Below are positions 50,155 through 59,184 of a stretch of 64,000 bases of DNA, one piece after another (position 1 is the stretch's first letter; each line of letters starts with the position of its first letter). A program made the position numbers and the translations under genes. Source of the DNA: Deltaproteobacteria bacterium (GTDB lineage: Bacteria > Desulfobacterota > Syntrophia > Syntrophales > UBA5619). The notes under the pieces were generated by a model. That model had not been told where the DNA came from. It made no database searches and saw only the letters and a list, made by a program, of their open reading frames with translations. Location: assembly GCA_016935075.1 (NCBI GenBank), contig JAFGRP010000167.1, forward strand, positions 6,170 to 70,169, in the 5' to 3' direction.

Positions 50155-51015
50155 TTGAACAGGATTCTGGGGCTGAAAATCGATGTGGACACCTATCAGG
50201 GAATGAGACGGGGGGTCCCGCGTCTTCTTTCCCTGTTGAGGCGGGAGGGCCTCCGGGCCACTTTTTTCCTGAGCATCGGGCCGGACGCTTCGGGGAGGGC
50301 CGTTTTTCAGATCTTGAAGAATCCCCGCTTTCTGAAGAAAATGGTCCGGACGCGCGCCGCCGCTCTCTACGGTTTCCGGACCGCCCTGTATGGGACGCTC
50401 CTCCCGTCACCGATGATCGCTCTTTCGTTTCCGCATCTCGTCCGGCAGATTACGGCGGAAGGCCATGAGGTGCAGTTCCATGCGTGGGATCACCGTCGCT
50501 GGCAGGATGAACTCGCTCTCCGTCCGGAGGTCTGGATCCGGGACTGGTTCAGACAGGGCATCGGGGGTTTTGAAAGCCTGACCGGAAGAAGACCCTCCTC
50601 CTTCGGCGCCCCCGCCTGGCTGATCGACGACCGCGTACTTTCCCTGGTTCGCGATCTTCATCTCGATTATCTGAGTTGCACGCGGGCGAAGGAACCCTTT
50701 ATCCATGAAGGAACGGACCTCCTCGAGATCCCGTCGGATCTGCCCTGTTTCGAAGAAACGGGCATTGACGAAGGGGAGCGAAAAATCCTCACCGGGCTTT
50801 CAGATGGCGGGATCCACGTTCTCCCCGTCCATGCGGAAGTCGAAGGCGGACGGATGAGCAATAACTTCCTTCGTCTCATTCACGCCGCGAAAATGCTGGG
50901 TTTTTGTATCATGCCCCTGTGCGACATCCATCCACTTCTGGATCGAAAAAACCTGATGACCAGACGCTTCCGTCTGCAACTCCTCCCAGGTCGCTCCGTC
51001 CCGTGCGCCGTTTGA
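50155..51015 (+). CDS. arnD: 4-deoxy-4-formamido-L-arabinose-phosphoundecaprenol deformylase (polysaccharide deacetylase fold)
   Basis: ILGLKIDVDTYQG...ATFFLSIGPD is typical of ArnD. TTG start with GAGGGGG RBS. Confidence 0.82.
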   Translation: MNRILGLKIDVDTYQGMRRGVPRLLSLLRREGLRATFFLSIGPDASGRAVFQILKNPRFLKKMVRTRAAALYGFRTALYGTLLPSPMIALSFPHLVRQITAEGHEVQFHAWDHRRWQDELALRPEVWIRDWFRQGIGGFESLTGRRPSSFGAPAWLIDDRVLSLVRDLHLDYLSCTRAKEPFIHEGTDLLEIPSDLPCFEETGIDEGERKILTGLSDGGIHVLPVHAEVEGGRMSNNFLRLIHAAKMLGFCIMPLCDIHPLLDRKNLMTRRFRLQLLPGRSVPCAV

Positions 51016-51071
51016 CCAGAACGATCTTTATTATCTTTCCAATGCAAGGGGGTAAACGGCCAAAAAAAAGA

Positions 51072-51100
51072 TTGACCGCAGAGTCTTCTCATAGTAGTAA
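51072..51100 (+). promoter_or_regulatory. sigma70-like promoter candidate for the ABC importer operon
   Basis: TTGACC (51072-51077), 17-nt spacer, TAGTAA (51095-51100). A near-HutC box GTATAAAC lies at 51151-51158 in the leader. Confidence 0.35.
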
Positions 51101-51191
51101 CGCTCATCAATCCACTGTCTTCGAAATGGCTTTACGATGACCGACTTTTTGTATAAACAGCACCAACATTTTAAATAGGGAGGGCGAGAGT

Positions 51192-52199
51192 ATGAAACGT
51201 GCAGGATTATTGTTCATTGCGGGTATGTTGGTTATGTGTCTGGCGATCAACGCAAGCGCCGCGGAAAAGGTAACAGTCTACACGTCGCTCGAAACGGATG
51301 AAACGGTAAAATATCTCGAGGCGGCCAGAAGGGATTTGCCGGACCTGGAAATCAACATCATCCGTCTCTCCACCGGTGAATTGGGTGCGCGCATGATGGC
51401 CGAAAAGGACAATCCCCAGGCGGACCTTGTCTGGGGTTGGGCCGTGACCAACATGGAAGAATTCGTTCCCCGGGGCATGCTGGTGCCCTACAAACCCAAG
51501 GGTGTGGAAAGACTCGAGAAACGCTTTGTTCACCCCCAGTATTACTACGTGGGAATCGATATGTACATCGCCGCCTTCTGCGTGAATACCAAAGTGATGC
51601 AGGAGAAGGGACTGCCCCTGCCCAAGGGGTGGAACGACCTTCTCGATCCGAGATTCAAGGGCCTCGTGACCATGCCCAACCCGGTGGCTTCCGGCACGGG
51701 ATTCCTCCAGATCGCCAGTATCCTTCAGATGTACGGTGCGAAAGAAGGCAAGGAAGACGGCTGGGAGTTCCTGAAGAAACTGGACAAGAACATCGCACAG
51801 TACATCAAGAGCGGTTCCCGGCCGGCCAAGATGACCGCCGCGGGAGAGTTTGCCGTCGGGGCCTCCTTCGAATTCGTCGTGGCTGAACTGATCAAACAGG
51901 GCTTCCCGGTAAAGTTTGTCTTCCCGATCGAGGGTGCGGGATATGAAGTGGAAGCGAACGCACTGCTCAAGGGGGCAAAAAATCCCAACGCCGCAAAGAG
52001 ATTCCTGGATTGGGCCATCACGGACAACGCCATGAAAGAGTATGCTAAATTCAAACATGGGGTGACCCTTCCCGGGATCCCCTCCCGCCCGGATCTTCCC
52101 AAATTGTCCGAAATCAAGCTCTATCCGATGGACTTCAGCTGGCAGGCCAAGAACAGCGAGGCCATCAAGAAGAAATGGGAGAGCCTCTTCTCAAAATAA
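51192..52199 (+). CDS. ABC transporter periplasmic substrate-binding protein (Fbp/iron(III)/2-aminoethylphosphonate/thiamine-type PBP)
   Basis: Signal peptide then KVTVYTSLETDE...STGELGARMMAEKDNPQADLVWGWA pattern of this SBP class. The substrate cannot be assigned from sequence alone. Confidence 0.8.
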   Translation: MKRAGLLFIAGMLVMCLAINASAAEKVTVYTSLETDETVKYLEAARRDLPDLEINIIRLSTGELGARMMAEKDNPQADLVWGWAVTNMEEFVPRGMLVPYKPKGVERLEKRFVHPQYYYVGIDMYIAAFCVNTKVMQEKGLPLPKGWNDLLDPRFKGLVTMPNPVASGTGFLQIASILQMYGAKEGKEDGWEFLKKLDKNIAQYIKSGSRPAKMTAAGEFAVGASFEFVVAELIKQGFPVKFVFPIEGAGYEVEANALLKGAKNPNAAKRFLDWAITDNAMKEYAKFKHGVTLPGIPSRPDLPKLSEIKLYPMDFSWQAKNSEAIKKKWESLFSK

Positions 52200-52207
52200 C
52201 CGCTAAT

Positions 52208-52259
52208 TTCCGGTCATCCTGCCTTGATGCAGGATGACCGGAATCCATGCTTTTTTTTT
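52208..52259 (+). terminator. 15-bp perfect hairpin plus T9 tract between SBP and ATPase genes (partial terminator or mRNA stabiliser)
   Basis: TTCCGGTCATCCTGC (52208-52222), loop CTTGAT, GCAGGATGACCGGAA (52229-52243), 7 nt, then TTTTTTTTT (52251-52259). Confidence 0.55.
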
Positions 52260-52304
52260 GACCCATTCTGTATAGAACTCTCAACACCCAAGTGAGGAAG
52301 GAAG

Positions 52305-53390
52305 ATGGGCAGAGACCTCAAACTGGAAAATCTTACAAAATGCTACGGGAACCTTACGGCCGTAGATCATGTCAATCTGGAGATCCGGGAAGGGGAGTTT
52401 ATCTGTTTTCTGGGCCCCAGCGGTTGCGGAAAGACAACGATCCTGAGGATGATCACCGGATTTGAGACCGTAACTTCCGGGAGTGTGATCTTCAACAACC
52501 GCGTGATCAACGATCTCATCCCCAAGAAGCGCGAATTCGGCATTGTTTTTCAGTCATACGCCCTTTTTCCGAACATGACCGTTGAGGAGAACATTGCCTT
52601 CGGCCTGAAGATGAGAAAGATGCCGAAAAAGGCCATCGCCGAACGGGTGGACAAGATGCTCGACCTGATCGGTCTTTCCGACTGGCGGAAGCTTTATCCG
52701 GCCCAGTTGAGCGGCGGGCAGCAGCAGCGGGTCGCCCTTGTGAGGGCTCTGGCCCCGGATCCCCAGGTCCTGCTTCTCGATGAGCCTCTGAGCGCCCTCG
52801 ATGCGAAAATCAGGCTCCGCCTCCGGGCGGAGATCAAGCGGTTGCAGCAGGAATTGAAAAAGACGATGATCCATGTGACCCATGATCAGGAAGAGGCCCT
52901 TTCCATCGCCGATCGGGTGGTCGTTATGGAAAAGGGGCAATTCCGGCAGGTGGGACGTCCAATCGACATCTACAAGAATCCGACCTGCAACTTTGTGGCG
53001 GATTTTGTGGGAACTTCCAACTTCTTTGAAGGGCGCCGCACGGCAGACGTCGTCGATATCGGCCGAAGGAGAATCAAGGTGACGCGCAACGGCAACGGGA
53101 AACACGAGGCCGTTTCCCTGGCCATCCGCCCGGAAAATGTGGAGGTGTTCAAAGACGACTCGGTTCCGCAGGTTCTCGAACCCATGAATCTCGTCTCAGG
53201 CCGGATCGAAGTGGTGGTTTTTCAGGGAGCGGCCGTCAGGCTTCTGATCCTTTTGGATGGGGAGGAGATCATCTCCGATATCGTCGAGAAGGATTTTGAA
53301 CAGCGCGCCCTGAAGCAGGGGGATCAGGTATATGTCTACTGTCCGCCCGAATCCTTTCTTGTGTTTCCTGAAAGGGAGGGGACGCAATGA
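52305..53390 (+). CDS. ABC transporter ATP-binding protein with C-terminal TOBE-like domain (PotA/FbpC class)
   Basis: Walker A GPSGCGKTT, signature LSGGQQQRVAL, Walker B LLLDEPLSALD. Confidence 0.9.
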   Translation: MGRDLKLENLTKCYGNLTAVDHVNLEIREGEFICFLGPSGCGKTTILRMITGFETVTSGSVIFNNRVINDLIPKKREFGIVFQSYALFPNMTVEENIAFGLKMRKMPKKAIAERVDKMLDLIGLSDWRKLYPAQLSGGQQQRVALVRALAPDPQVLLLDEPLSALDAKIRLRLRAEIKRLQQELKKTMIHVTHDQEEALSIADRVVVMEKGQFRQVGRPIDIYKNPTCNFVADFVGTSNFFEGRRTADVVDIGRRRIKVTRNGNGKHEAVSLAIRPENVEVFKDDSVPQVLEPMNLVSGRIEVVVFQGAAVRLLILLDGEEIISDIVEKDFEQRALKQGDQVYVYCPPESFLVFPEREGTQ

Positions 53391-55135
53391 ATCCCGTCGA
53401 ACCTTCCGGAAAACGATTCTCCTCGTGGTTCACCGCCGACAACCTCTTCACCGGGGTGATCATGACGTTTCTGCTGGTGATCCTGGCCGTTTTTCTCCTC
53501 TATCCCGTGGTGGACATCTGCCGGTTGAGCTTCATCAAGAACGGGATGTTCAGCCTGCAAAACTATCTCGATTATTTTACCGAACCGAAAATATTCCGCT
53601 CCTTTTACAACAGCATGTTCGTATCATCGGTAACCATGGTCATCACCACGGTGCTGGCATTTCTGTTCGCATACGGTCTTACACGAACCACCATGCCGGG
53701 GAAGGGATTCTTCTATACGGTATCCACATTTCCCCTCATTGCACCGACCATCATCCAGGCCCTGGCTCTTATTTTGCTGTTCGGCCGCAATGGCGTCATC
53801 ACCCGCTATCTCCTGGACACGAGCTGGAATATCTACGGCGCCACGGGCATCATCGTGGGAGAGACCCTCTACTGTTTTCCCAACGCCCTTTTTATCCTTT
53901 ATACCACTCTTTCCGCGGTGGATACGCGCCTCGACGAGGCCGCACAGAGTCTGGGGGCTTCCGCCCTGAAAACCTTTTTCAAGGTGACCCTCCCTTCGGC
54001 GAAGTACGGAATCGCCAGCGCCGCAGCGCTGACTTTCAACCTCACCATCACCGACTTCGGCATCCCGGTCGTGATCGGAGGAGACTATTCCGTTTTGGCG
54101 ACGGAGATCGTCAACAAGGTCTTCGGTATGCAGAGGTTTGACCTGGGGGCGACCATCAGCGTGATTCTCCTGGTTCCCTCCATTACGGCTTTTGCGATCA
54201 ATTATTACCTGACCCGGAAGAGCTATGCCATGATCAGCGGCCAGGCCCGGCCGTTCATCCAGCCTTCACGGCCGTTGAAGAAATGGGCGTTTACCGCTTA
54301 CTCGGGCCTCATCTGCGCCTGCATTCTTCTGGTGTTCATCACGGTTTTTCTGGGCTCCTTCGTCAAGACGTGGCCCTACGATTTTTCACTTACCCTCAAG
54401 CACTTCGACTTCCCGTCGCTCGGGGCGAGCGTCCCGCTATGGACCGCTTTCTGGAACAGCGTTTTGGAGCCGGGCACATTCCGCACCATGATCGCCATCA
54501 AGTACGCCCCCATCTGGACCAGTCTTCTGGTCTCCCTTGTGGTGGCCCTGGCCGGGGCTTCCATCACACTGGTGGCCGCATATATCATCGAAAAGAAAAA
54601 GCCCAGGGGTGAGCAGCTTCTTTACGCCCTGTCGGTTTTGCCGGCGGCCATACCCGGGGTGGTTCTGGGCCTGGGATATGTGCTGGCATTCAACAAGCCC
54701 TATTTTCTGATTTACGGAACAATCTGGATCATCATCATCAATATCGTGATTGCCAACTTCACACTTGGGGTTCTCTCCGGAACGGCGAATCTCAAGCAGA
54801 TCGACAAATCGGTTGAGGAGGCCGCGGTCAGTCTGGGCGCCGGTCCGGTGACCACCTTCACACGGATCGTGTTTCCGCTTTCCAAGGTAGCTTTTCTCTC
54901 CACGACCACCTTCTATTTCATGCGGGCGATGACCACGATCAGCGCCGTGTTATTTCTGGTATCGGCGCAGATCAAACTGGCCGCCATCGAAATCATCTTC
55001 CTCGATGTGGATGGCCGTACGGCGAGCGCCAATGCCATGTGTACCGTAGTCGTGCTGATCGTCGCCCTTTTCCTGATCGTCATGAGGATCACCACGGGAA
55101 GTTCAGGGCTTACGGGGATGAGCGGTAGAAAATGA
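53387..55135 (+). CDS. ABC transporter permease, fused two-domain (FbpB/PhnU2-like, 582 aa)
   Basis: Two tandem 6-TM BPD-type permease modules. 4-nt overlap with the ATPase gene. Confidence 0.85.
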   Translation: MNPVEPSGKRFSSWFTADNLFTGVIMTFLLVILAVFLLYPVVDICRLSFIKNGMFSLQNYLDYFTEPKIFRSFYNSMFVSSVTMVITTVLAFLFAYGLTRTTMPGKGFFYTVSTFPLIAPTIIQALALILLFGRNGVITRYLLDTSWNIYGATGIIVGETLYCFPNALFILYTTLSAVDTRLDEAAQSLGASALKTFFKVTLPSAKYGIASAAALTFNLTITDFGIPVVIGGDYSVLATEIVNKVFGMQRFDLGATISVILLVPSITAFAINYYLTRKSYAMISGQARPFIQPSRPLKKWAFTAYSGLICACILLVFITVFLGSFVKTWPYDFSLTLKHFDFPSLGASVPLWTAFWNSVLEPGTFRTMIAIKYAPIWTSLLVSLVVALAGASITLVAAYIIEKKKPRGEQLLYALSVLPAAIPGVVLGLGYVLAFNKPYFLIYGTIWIIIINIVIANFTLGVLSGTANLKQIDKSVEEAAVSLGAGPVTTFTRIVFPLSKVAFLSTTTFYFMRAMTTISAVLFLVSAQIKLAAIEIIFLDVDGRTASANAMCTVVVLIVALFLIVMRITTGSSGLTGMSGRK

Positions 55136-55151
55136 CAGGGGGTTTAAGAAC

Positions 55152-55922
55152 ATGAACGTCATCGATCCGGACAATCCCATTCCCAAGTATCTGCAGATCA
55201 GCGCCTGGATCAAGGATCTCATCCAATCCGGAAGGTACGAGAAGGGCGCCAATCTGCCGTCAGAGGTCGAACTGGCCAGAATCTGTCAGGTAAACCGGAA
55301 TACCCTGAGGCAGGCCATATCGGAATTGACGGCGTCGGGAGTGCTTCGCAAGGAAAAGGGGAGAGGCACCTTCGTCTGTGCGGATACCCCCCTGGCCATC
55401 ACACACCAGCTCAAGAGCATTTCGAGCTTCAGCGCCGACCTGTGTGCGCTCGGAATCAGGGAGAAAACAAAAATCATCAAGAAGGGTGTTGAGGAAGCCA
55501 ATGAACGGGTAGCCAGGAAGCTGATCTTAAGCCCGAACGGCAAAGTGGTGGCCATCCGCCGTCTCCGGACCGGCAACCAGGTGCCTTTTATCTACGAGGA
55601 AAGCTATCTGCCCCACTCCCTTTTCCGCGAAATCCTGGATATGGATCTGACCGGGTCCATGTACCAGATCATTAACGATCGCTTCAACGTCACCCTGGCA
55701 CGGTCGGATCAGATGATCCGGTCGGTGAATCTAAAAGGCCGCATTGCATCCTATCTGAATGTCCCCGAAAATACGGCGGCCTTTTTCATGGAAAGTCTGA
55801 CCTACGACGAAAACAACCTGCCGGTGGAGCTTCTCTATTCCTATTACCGGGGAGACAAATACGTTTTTGAGGTTGAAGTGGGTCGTTACCATATCAAGGA
55901 AAATTATTTGCAGGATGAATGA
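55152..55922 (+). CDS. GntR-family transcriptional regulator, HutC/PhnF subfamily (wHTH + UTRA effector domain)
   Basis: N-terminal PKYLQISAWIKDLI...LPSEVELARICQVNRNTLRQAISEL wHTH. About 170-aa C-terminal UTRA-sized domain. Confidence 0.85.
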   Translation: MNVIDPDNPIPKYLQISAWIKDLIQSGRYEKGANLPSEVELARICQVNRNTLRQAISELTASGVLRKEKGRGTFVCADTPLAITHQLKSISSFSADLCALGIREKTKIIKKGVEEANERVARKLILSPNGKVVAIRRLRTGNQVPFIYEESYLPHSLFREILDMDLTGSMYQIINDRFNVTLARSDQMIRSVNLKGRIASYLNVPENTAAFFMESLTYDENNLPVELLYSYYRGDKYVFEVEVGRYHIKENYLQDE

Positions 55923-56002
55923 CCCCGCATCAGGCTGCAAGGCATAAAAAATACGAAGAGAACATTTTCCGCAGCCGGCTGCAGGGAATTATCAATTTAC
56001 AC

Positions 56003-56034
56003 TTGATTTTTTAAGGACGATCATGTATATACAT
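56003..56034 (+). promoter_or_regulatory. promoter with overlapping 12-bp palindrome (candidate HutC-type operator)
   Basis: TTGATT (56003-56008), 17-nt spacer, TATATA (56026-56031). Perfect palindrome ATGTATATACAT (56023-56034) whose core GTATATAC fits the GT-M-TA-K-AC HutC-subfamily consensus as I recall it. Confidence 0.4.
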
Positions 56035-56075
56035 CTAAACAGCATAGTGCCATTAACGCGTAAAGAGGGGGAAAT

Positions 56076-57275
56076 ATGAATGAGAATAACTTGTTGGAAA
56101 AATTGGTCGCGGTCAGTCCCGGTATGGAGATCTGGTGGGATTCCTCACCTGTGATCTTCGAAAACTGGTGCCGGAAGCTGTTGGCCAAGGCAAGCGACGG
56201 GGAACGGGAAACCCTGAATCGGCAGTTCGCACGGATGGTCGACAAAGAAAACCCGGAGATATCGCTTTTCCGCGGCGTGACGACCAACCCTTCATTATCT
56301 CTGCAGGCAATCCAGGACAACGAGCCGTATTGGAAAGACGTAACCTACTGTATTATCAAGAATAATCCCGGCATAGACAAAGAATCCCTATTCTGGCTTC
56401 TCTATAAGGAAGTGGTAAAACGTGGCTCAGATATGTTCCTTCCGTTGTTTGAGAAAACAAACCATCGCGAAGGTTACCTCTCGGGCCAGGTGGATCCGCG
56501 AAAATCCTTCGACAAGGAGACCATGCTGAAGCAGGCCGCGGAACTGGCCGCCATCAATCCCAATGTGATGATCAAGGTTCCGGGCACAAAGGAGGGGTAT
56601 GAGGTCATCGAAATTCTCACCTCCCGGGGAATTGCCACCAACAATACACTAACTTTCGTCCTGCCGCAATTGATGGACTGTGCCAAATCCGTGAAGCGGG
56701 GGTTGGAAAAGGCCAAGGCGAACCGGGTGGATCTTTCCAGGTGGCGCTCCGTGATCACCCACATGGAGGCACGTTACGGCGATCTGGGAGGATTAAGGGA
56801 TTTCGGAAAGGAAAAAGGGATCGAGCTTTCCGAGGGGGATGTCCGCCTGGCGGAACTGGCCATCTTCAAGAAGGCCTATCGTCTTGTTAAAGAAGGCAAT
56901 TATCCCAGCAAGATGCTCTCCTGTTCACTCCGGGTCGGACCGAACGTGGAGGGAGTCCGGCGGATCTGGCATCTGGAGGAGAAGGCGGGCGCAAACATTG
57001 TGGTCACCTGTCCCCCCGCTTTTATCGATGAGGTGATCCATTTCCAGGGACAGGAAAACATCTCTTTTGAAAAAAACCGTATTGACCGGGATATTCCGAA
57101 AGAGACGCTGGATAAACTGCTGCGGATACCGTATTTCGAAAAGGCGTACGCAGAAGACGGCTATACCCGGGATGAGTACAACAGTCACCCATCGCTGGTA
57201 AAGACGGCACAGCAGTTTTCGAAAGCCACAAACGACATGGTGGAATTTGCGGAAAAATGTCTCGCAGATTCATGA
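56076..57275 (+). CDS. transaldolase-family protein (long form, 399 aa)
   Basis: GVTTNPSL motif and Schiff-base lysine context NVMIKVPGT. First gene of a six-gene operon. Confidence 0.8.
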   Translation: MNENNLLEKLVAVSPGMEIWWDSSPVIFENWCRKLLAKASDGERETLNRQFARMVDKENPEISLFRGVTTNPSLSLQAIQDNEPYWKDVTYCIIKNNPGIDKESLFWLLYKEVVKRGSDMFLPLFEKTNHREGYLSGQVDPRKSFDKETMLKQAAELAAINPNVMIKVPGTKEGYEVIEILTSRGIATNNTLTFVLPQLMDCAKSVKRGLEKAKANRVDLSRWRSVITHMEARYGDLGGLRDFGKEKGIELSEGDVRLAELAIFKKAYRLVKEGNYPSKMLSCSLRVGPNVEGVRRIWHLEEKAGANIVVTCPPAFIDEVIHFQGQENISFEKNRIDRDIPKETLDKLLRIPYFEKAYAEDGYTRDEYNSHPSLVKTAQQFSKATNDMVEFAEKCLADS

Positions 57276-57299
57276 CGTAAACGATGAAAGGAGAGATTT

Positions 57300-58394
57300 A
57301 TGAAACAGTTGAATGAATGGTTTGTGCCCTGGTTGTTCACCGCACGGGAATACAACACCGCGATACTCGATAAAGCCTGGGCAAAGCCCGATTATGGTCG
57401 CCTGATGCTCAATGAAAATCCTCTCCCCCCGTCCGATAAAGTAATCCGGGCGGTGACGGATATCCTTTCCAGAGGGAACCGCTATCCAGACAGCATGCTG
57501 CGGTTGCGGACCAAACTCGGAAAGCTGCACAACCTGGGACCGGAAAATATCGGCCTGTGCAACGGATCATCGGAGATTATCGATTGCATGATGCGGATCT
57601 TCCTCCAGCCCGGCGACGAGTTCATCGTCTCCACGCCCACTTTCGAGCTTTTTCCGCCTCGGGCGGAACTGGCCGGAGGCAAGGTGGTCTCCGTGCCGCT
57701 TCGCAAAGAGGATCTCCAGTACGATGTGGATGCCATGATCGAGGCGATCACACCCAAGACCAAACTGATTCTGGTCATCAATCCCAATAATCCGACAGGA
57801 ATCTTCATTGACGACAAGGATTTAATCCGCTTCTGCGAGACGGGGATTCCTTTATGCATCGACGAGGCCTATCTGGACTACCATCCCGAGATCCCGTCGA
57901 AGGATTTTCTGCTCAAGAAGTATCCCCAGGTCTTCCTCTCCCACACCTTTTCGAAGGCCTACGGCTTCGCCGGTATCCGTTTCGGTTATGTGGTGGGGAC
58001 GGAGGAGATGGTCAAGGCATTCAGAGCCATGTTCCTCCCCTGGAATGTGAGCCTGATGTCCATGGCGGCGGCGGAGGCGATCCTGGACAGCCCGGAGGAT
58101 GTTGCCGAGAAGGTGAAGCACAACAACCGCTGGATGGAGATCTTCACCAAAGAACTGGTCCAGGTCGGCCTGAAGCCCTTCCCGGCGCACGGCAATTACA
58201 TGCTCATCGACGCCACAATGACCGGTAAGACAACCGCCGAGATCCTGGCGGCCGGGCTGGAGATGGAGAGGATATTCCTCAAAAGCATCAAGCCGATCCA
58301 TGGCAGGGACGGTTATTTCCGGGTGACGCCGGGTGTGGACGAGGAGAACGAACGGTTCGTCCGATTTGTCCGGAACTATTTCGGCAAGAAATGA
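57300..58394 (+). CDS. PLP-dependent aminotransferase, histidinol-phosphate aminotransferase (HisC/CobD) family
   Basis: LNENP motif, NPNNPTG, PLP-lysine segment SHTFSKAYGFAGIRFGY. The context argues against a housekeeping hisC role. Confidence 0.8.
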   Translation: MKQLNEWFVPWLFTAREYNTAILDKAWAKPDYGRLMLNENPLPPSDKVIRAVTDILSRGNRYPDSMLRLRTKLGKLHNLGPENIGLCNGSSEIIDCMMRIFLQPGDEFIVSTPTFELFPPRAELAGGKVVSVPLRKEDLQYDVDAMIEAITPKTKLILVINPNNPTGIFIDDKDLIRFCETGIPLCIDEAYLDYHPEIPSKDFLLKKYPQVFLSHTFSKAYGFAGIRFGYVVGTEEMVKAFRAMFLPWNVSLMSMAAAEAILDSPEDVAEKVKHNNRWMEIFTKELVQVGLKPFPAHGNYMLIDATMTGKTTAEILAAGLEMERIFLKSIKPIHGRDGYFRVTPGVDEENERFVRFVRNYFGKK

Positions 58395-59167
58395 CGTTGA
58401 AGATCTTCGTATGTGTCAAGCATGTCCCCGACACGGCGGCCAACATCAGGCCTCTGGACGGGACGGCCTTTGACGAAACCGTCAAGTTCATCATGAATCC
58501 CTACGATGAATATGCCCTGGAACAGGCCCTCCAGATCCGGGACCGGGAGGGCGCATCCGAGGTGATAGCGGTTACGGTCGGAAAGGCGTCTGCCGGCGCC
58601 ACGCTGCGTTCCGCCCTGGCCATGGGCGCGGACCGGGGGGTTCTGGTCAAAACGGACACCTACTTTATGGACAGCCTGGAGACAAGCCGTCTGCTGCATA
58701 TTGCGATCGAACTGGACGGTTCCCCCGGTCTGATCTTTACCGGCAAACAATCGGTGGATACGGAAGGGATGCAGGTACCCTTTCGTCTGGCGGCCCTGTT
58801 CGATCTGCCTGTTGTGGTCGATGTTGCGGCCTTTTCACTGGCCAATGGTGTGGTCACCGTCGAGCGGGAAATGGAGGGGGATGTGCGCGAGGTGATCGAT
58901 ATGTCCATTCCCTGCATCGTCGGCGCCGCCAAGGGGCTGAACCGGCCGCGTTGTCCCACCCTTCCGGACATGATGAAGGCCCGGAAGAAAGAGGTCAAGG
59001 TCCTCAACCGGTCTGATTTCCAGATTCAAGAACCCCTGCAAACGGTGGAGCTGCTGGAATTCCAGCCGGTCCCCGACCGGGGTCGGGGAAGGATTCTGAA
59101 AGGCAGTCCGGAAAACATGGCGGATGAGCTTCTGCGCCTGTTGCGGGACGAGGCGAAAGTATTATAG
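58391..59167 (+). CDS. etfB: electron transfer flavoprotein beta subunit
   Basis: MTLKIFVCVKHVPDT...NPYDEYALEQAL is typical of EtfB. ATGA overlap with the aminotransferase stop. Confidence 0.9.
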   Translation: MTLKIFVCVKHVPDTAANIRPLDGTAFDETVKFIMNPYDEYALEQALQIRDREGASEVIAVTVGKASAGATLRSALAMGADRGVLVKTDTYFMDSLETSRLLHIAIELDGSPGLIFTGKQSVDTEGMQVPFRLAALFDLPVVVDVAAFSLANGVVTVEREMEGDVREVIDMSIPCIVGAAKGLNRPRCPTLPDMMKARKKEVKVLNRSDFQIQEPLQTVELLEFQPVPDRGRGRILKGSPENMADELLRLLRDEAKVL

Positions 59168-59184
59168 GGGCGGGTTCGGGGTCT

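Noticed and set aside
51192-57275. Known pathways for the transporter/transaldolase locus: 2-aminoethylphosphonate catabolism, or the sulfo-transaldolase sulfoquinovose pathway.
   Set aside because: No phnW, phnX, phnY or phnA homolog is present. There is no sulfoquinovose isomerase, sulfolactaldehyde dehydrogenase or reductase, or sulfonate exporter. The SBP family alone cannot assign a substrate.
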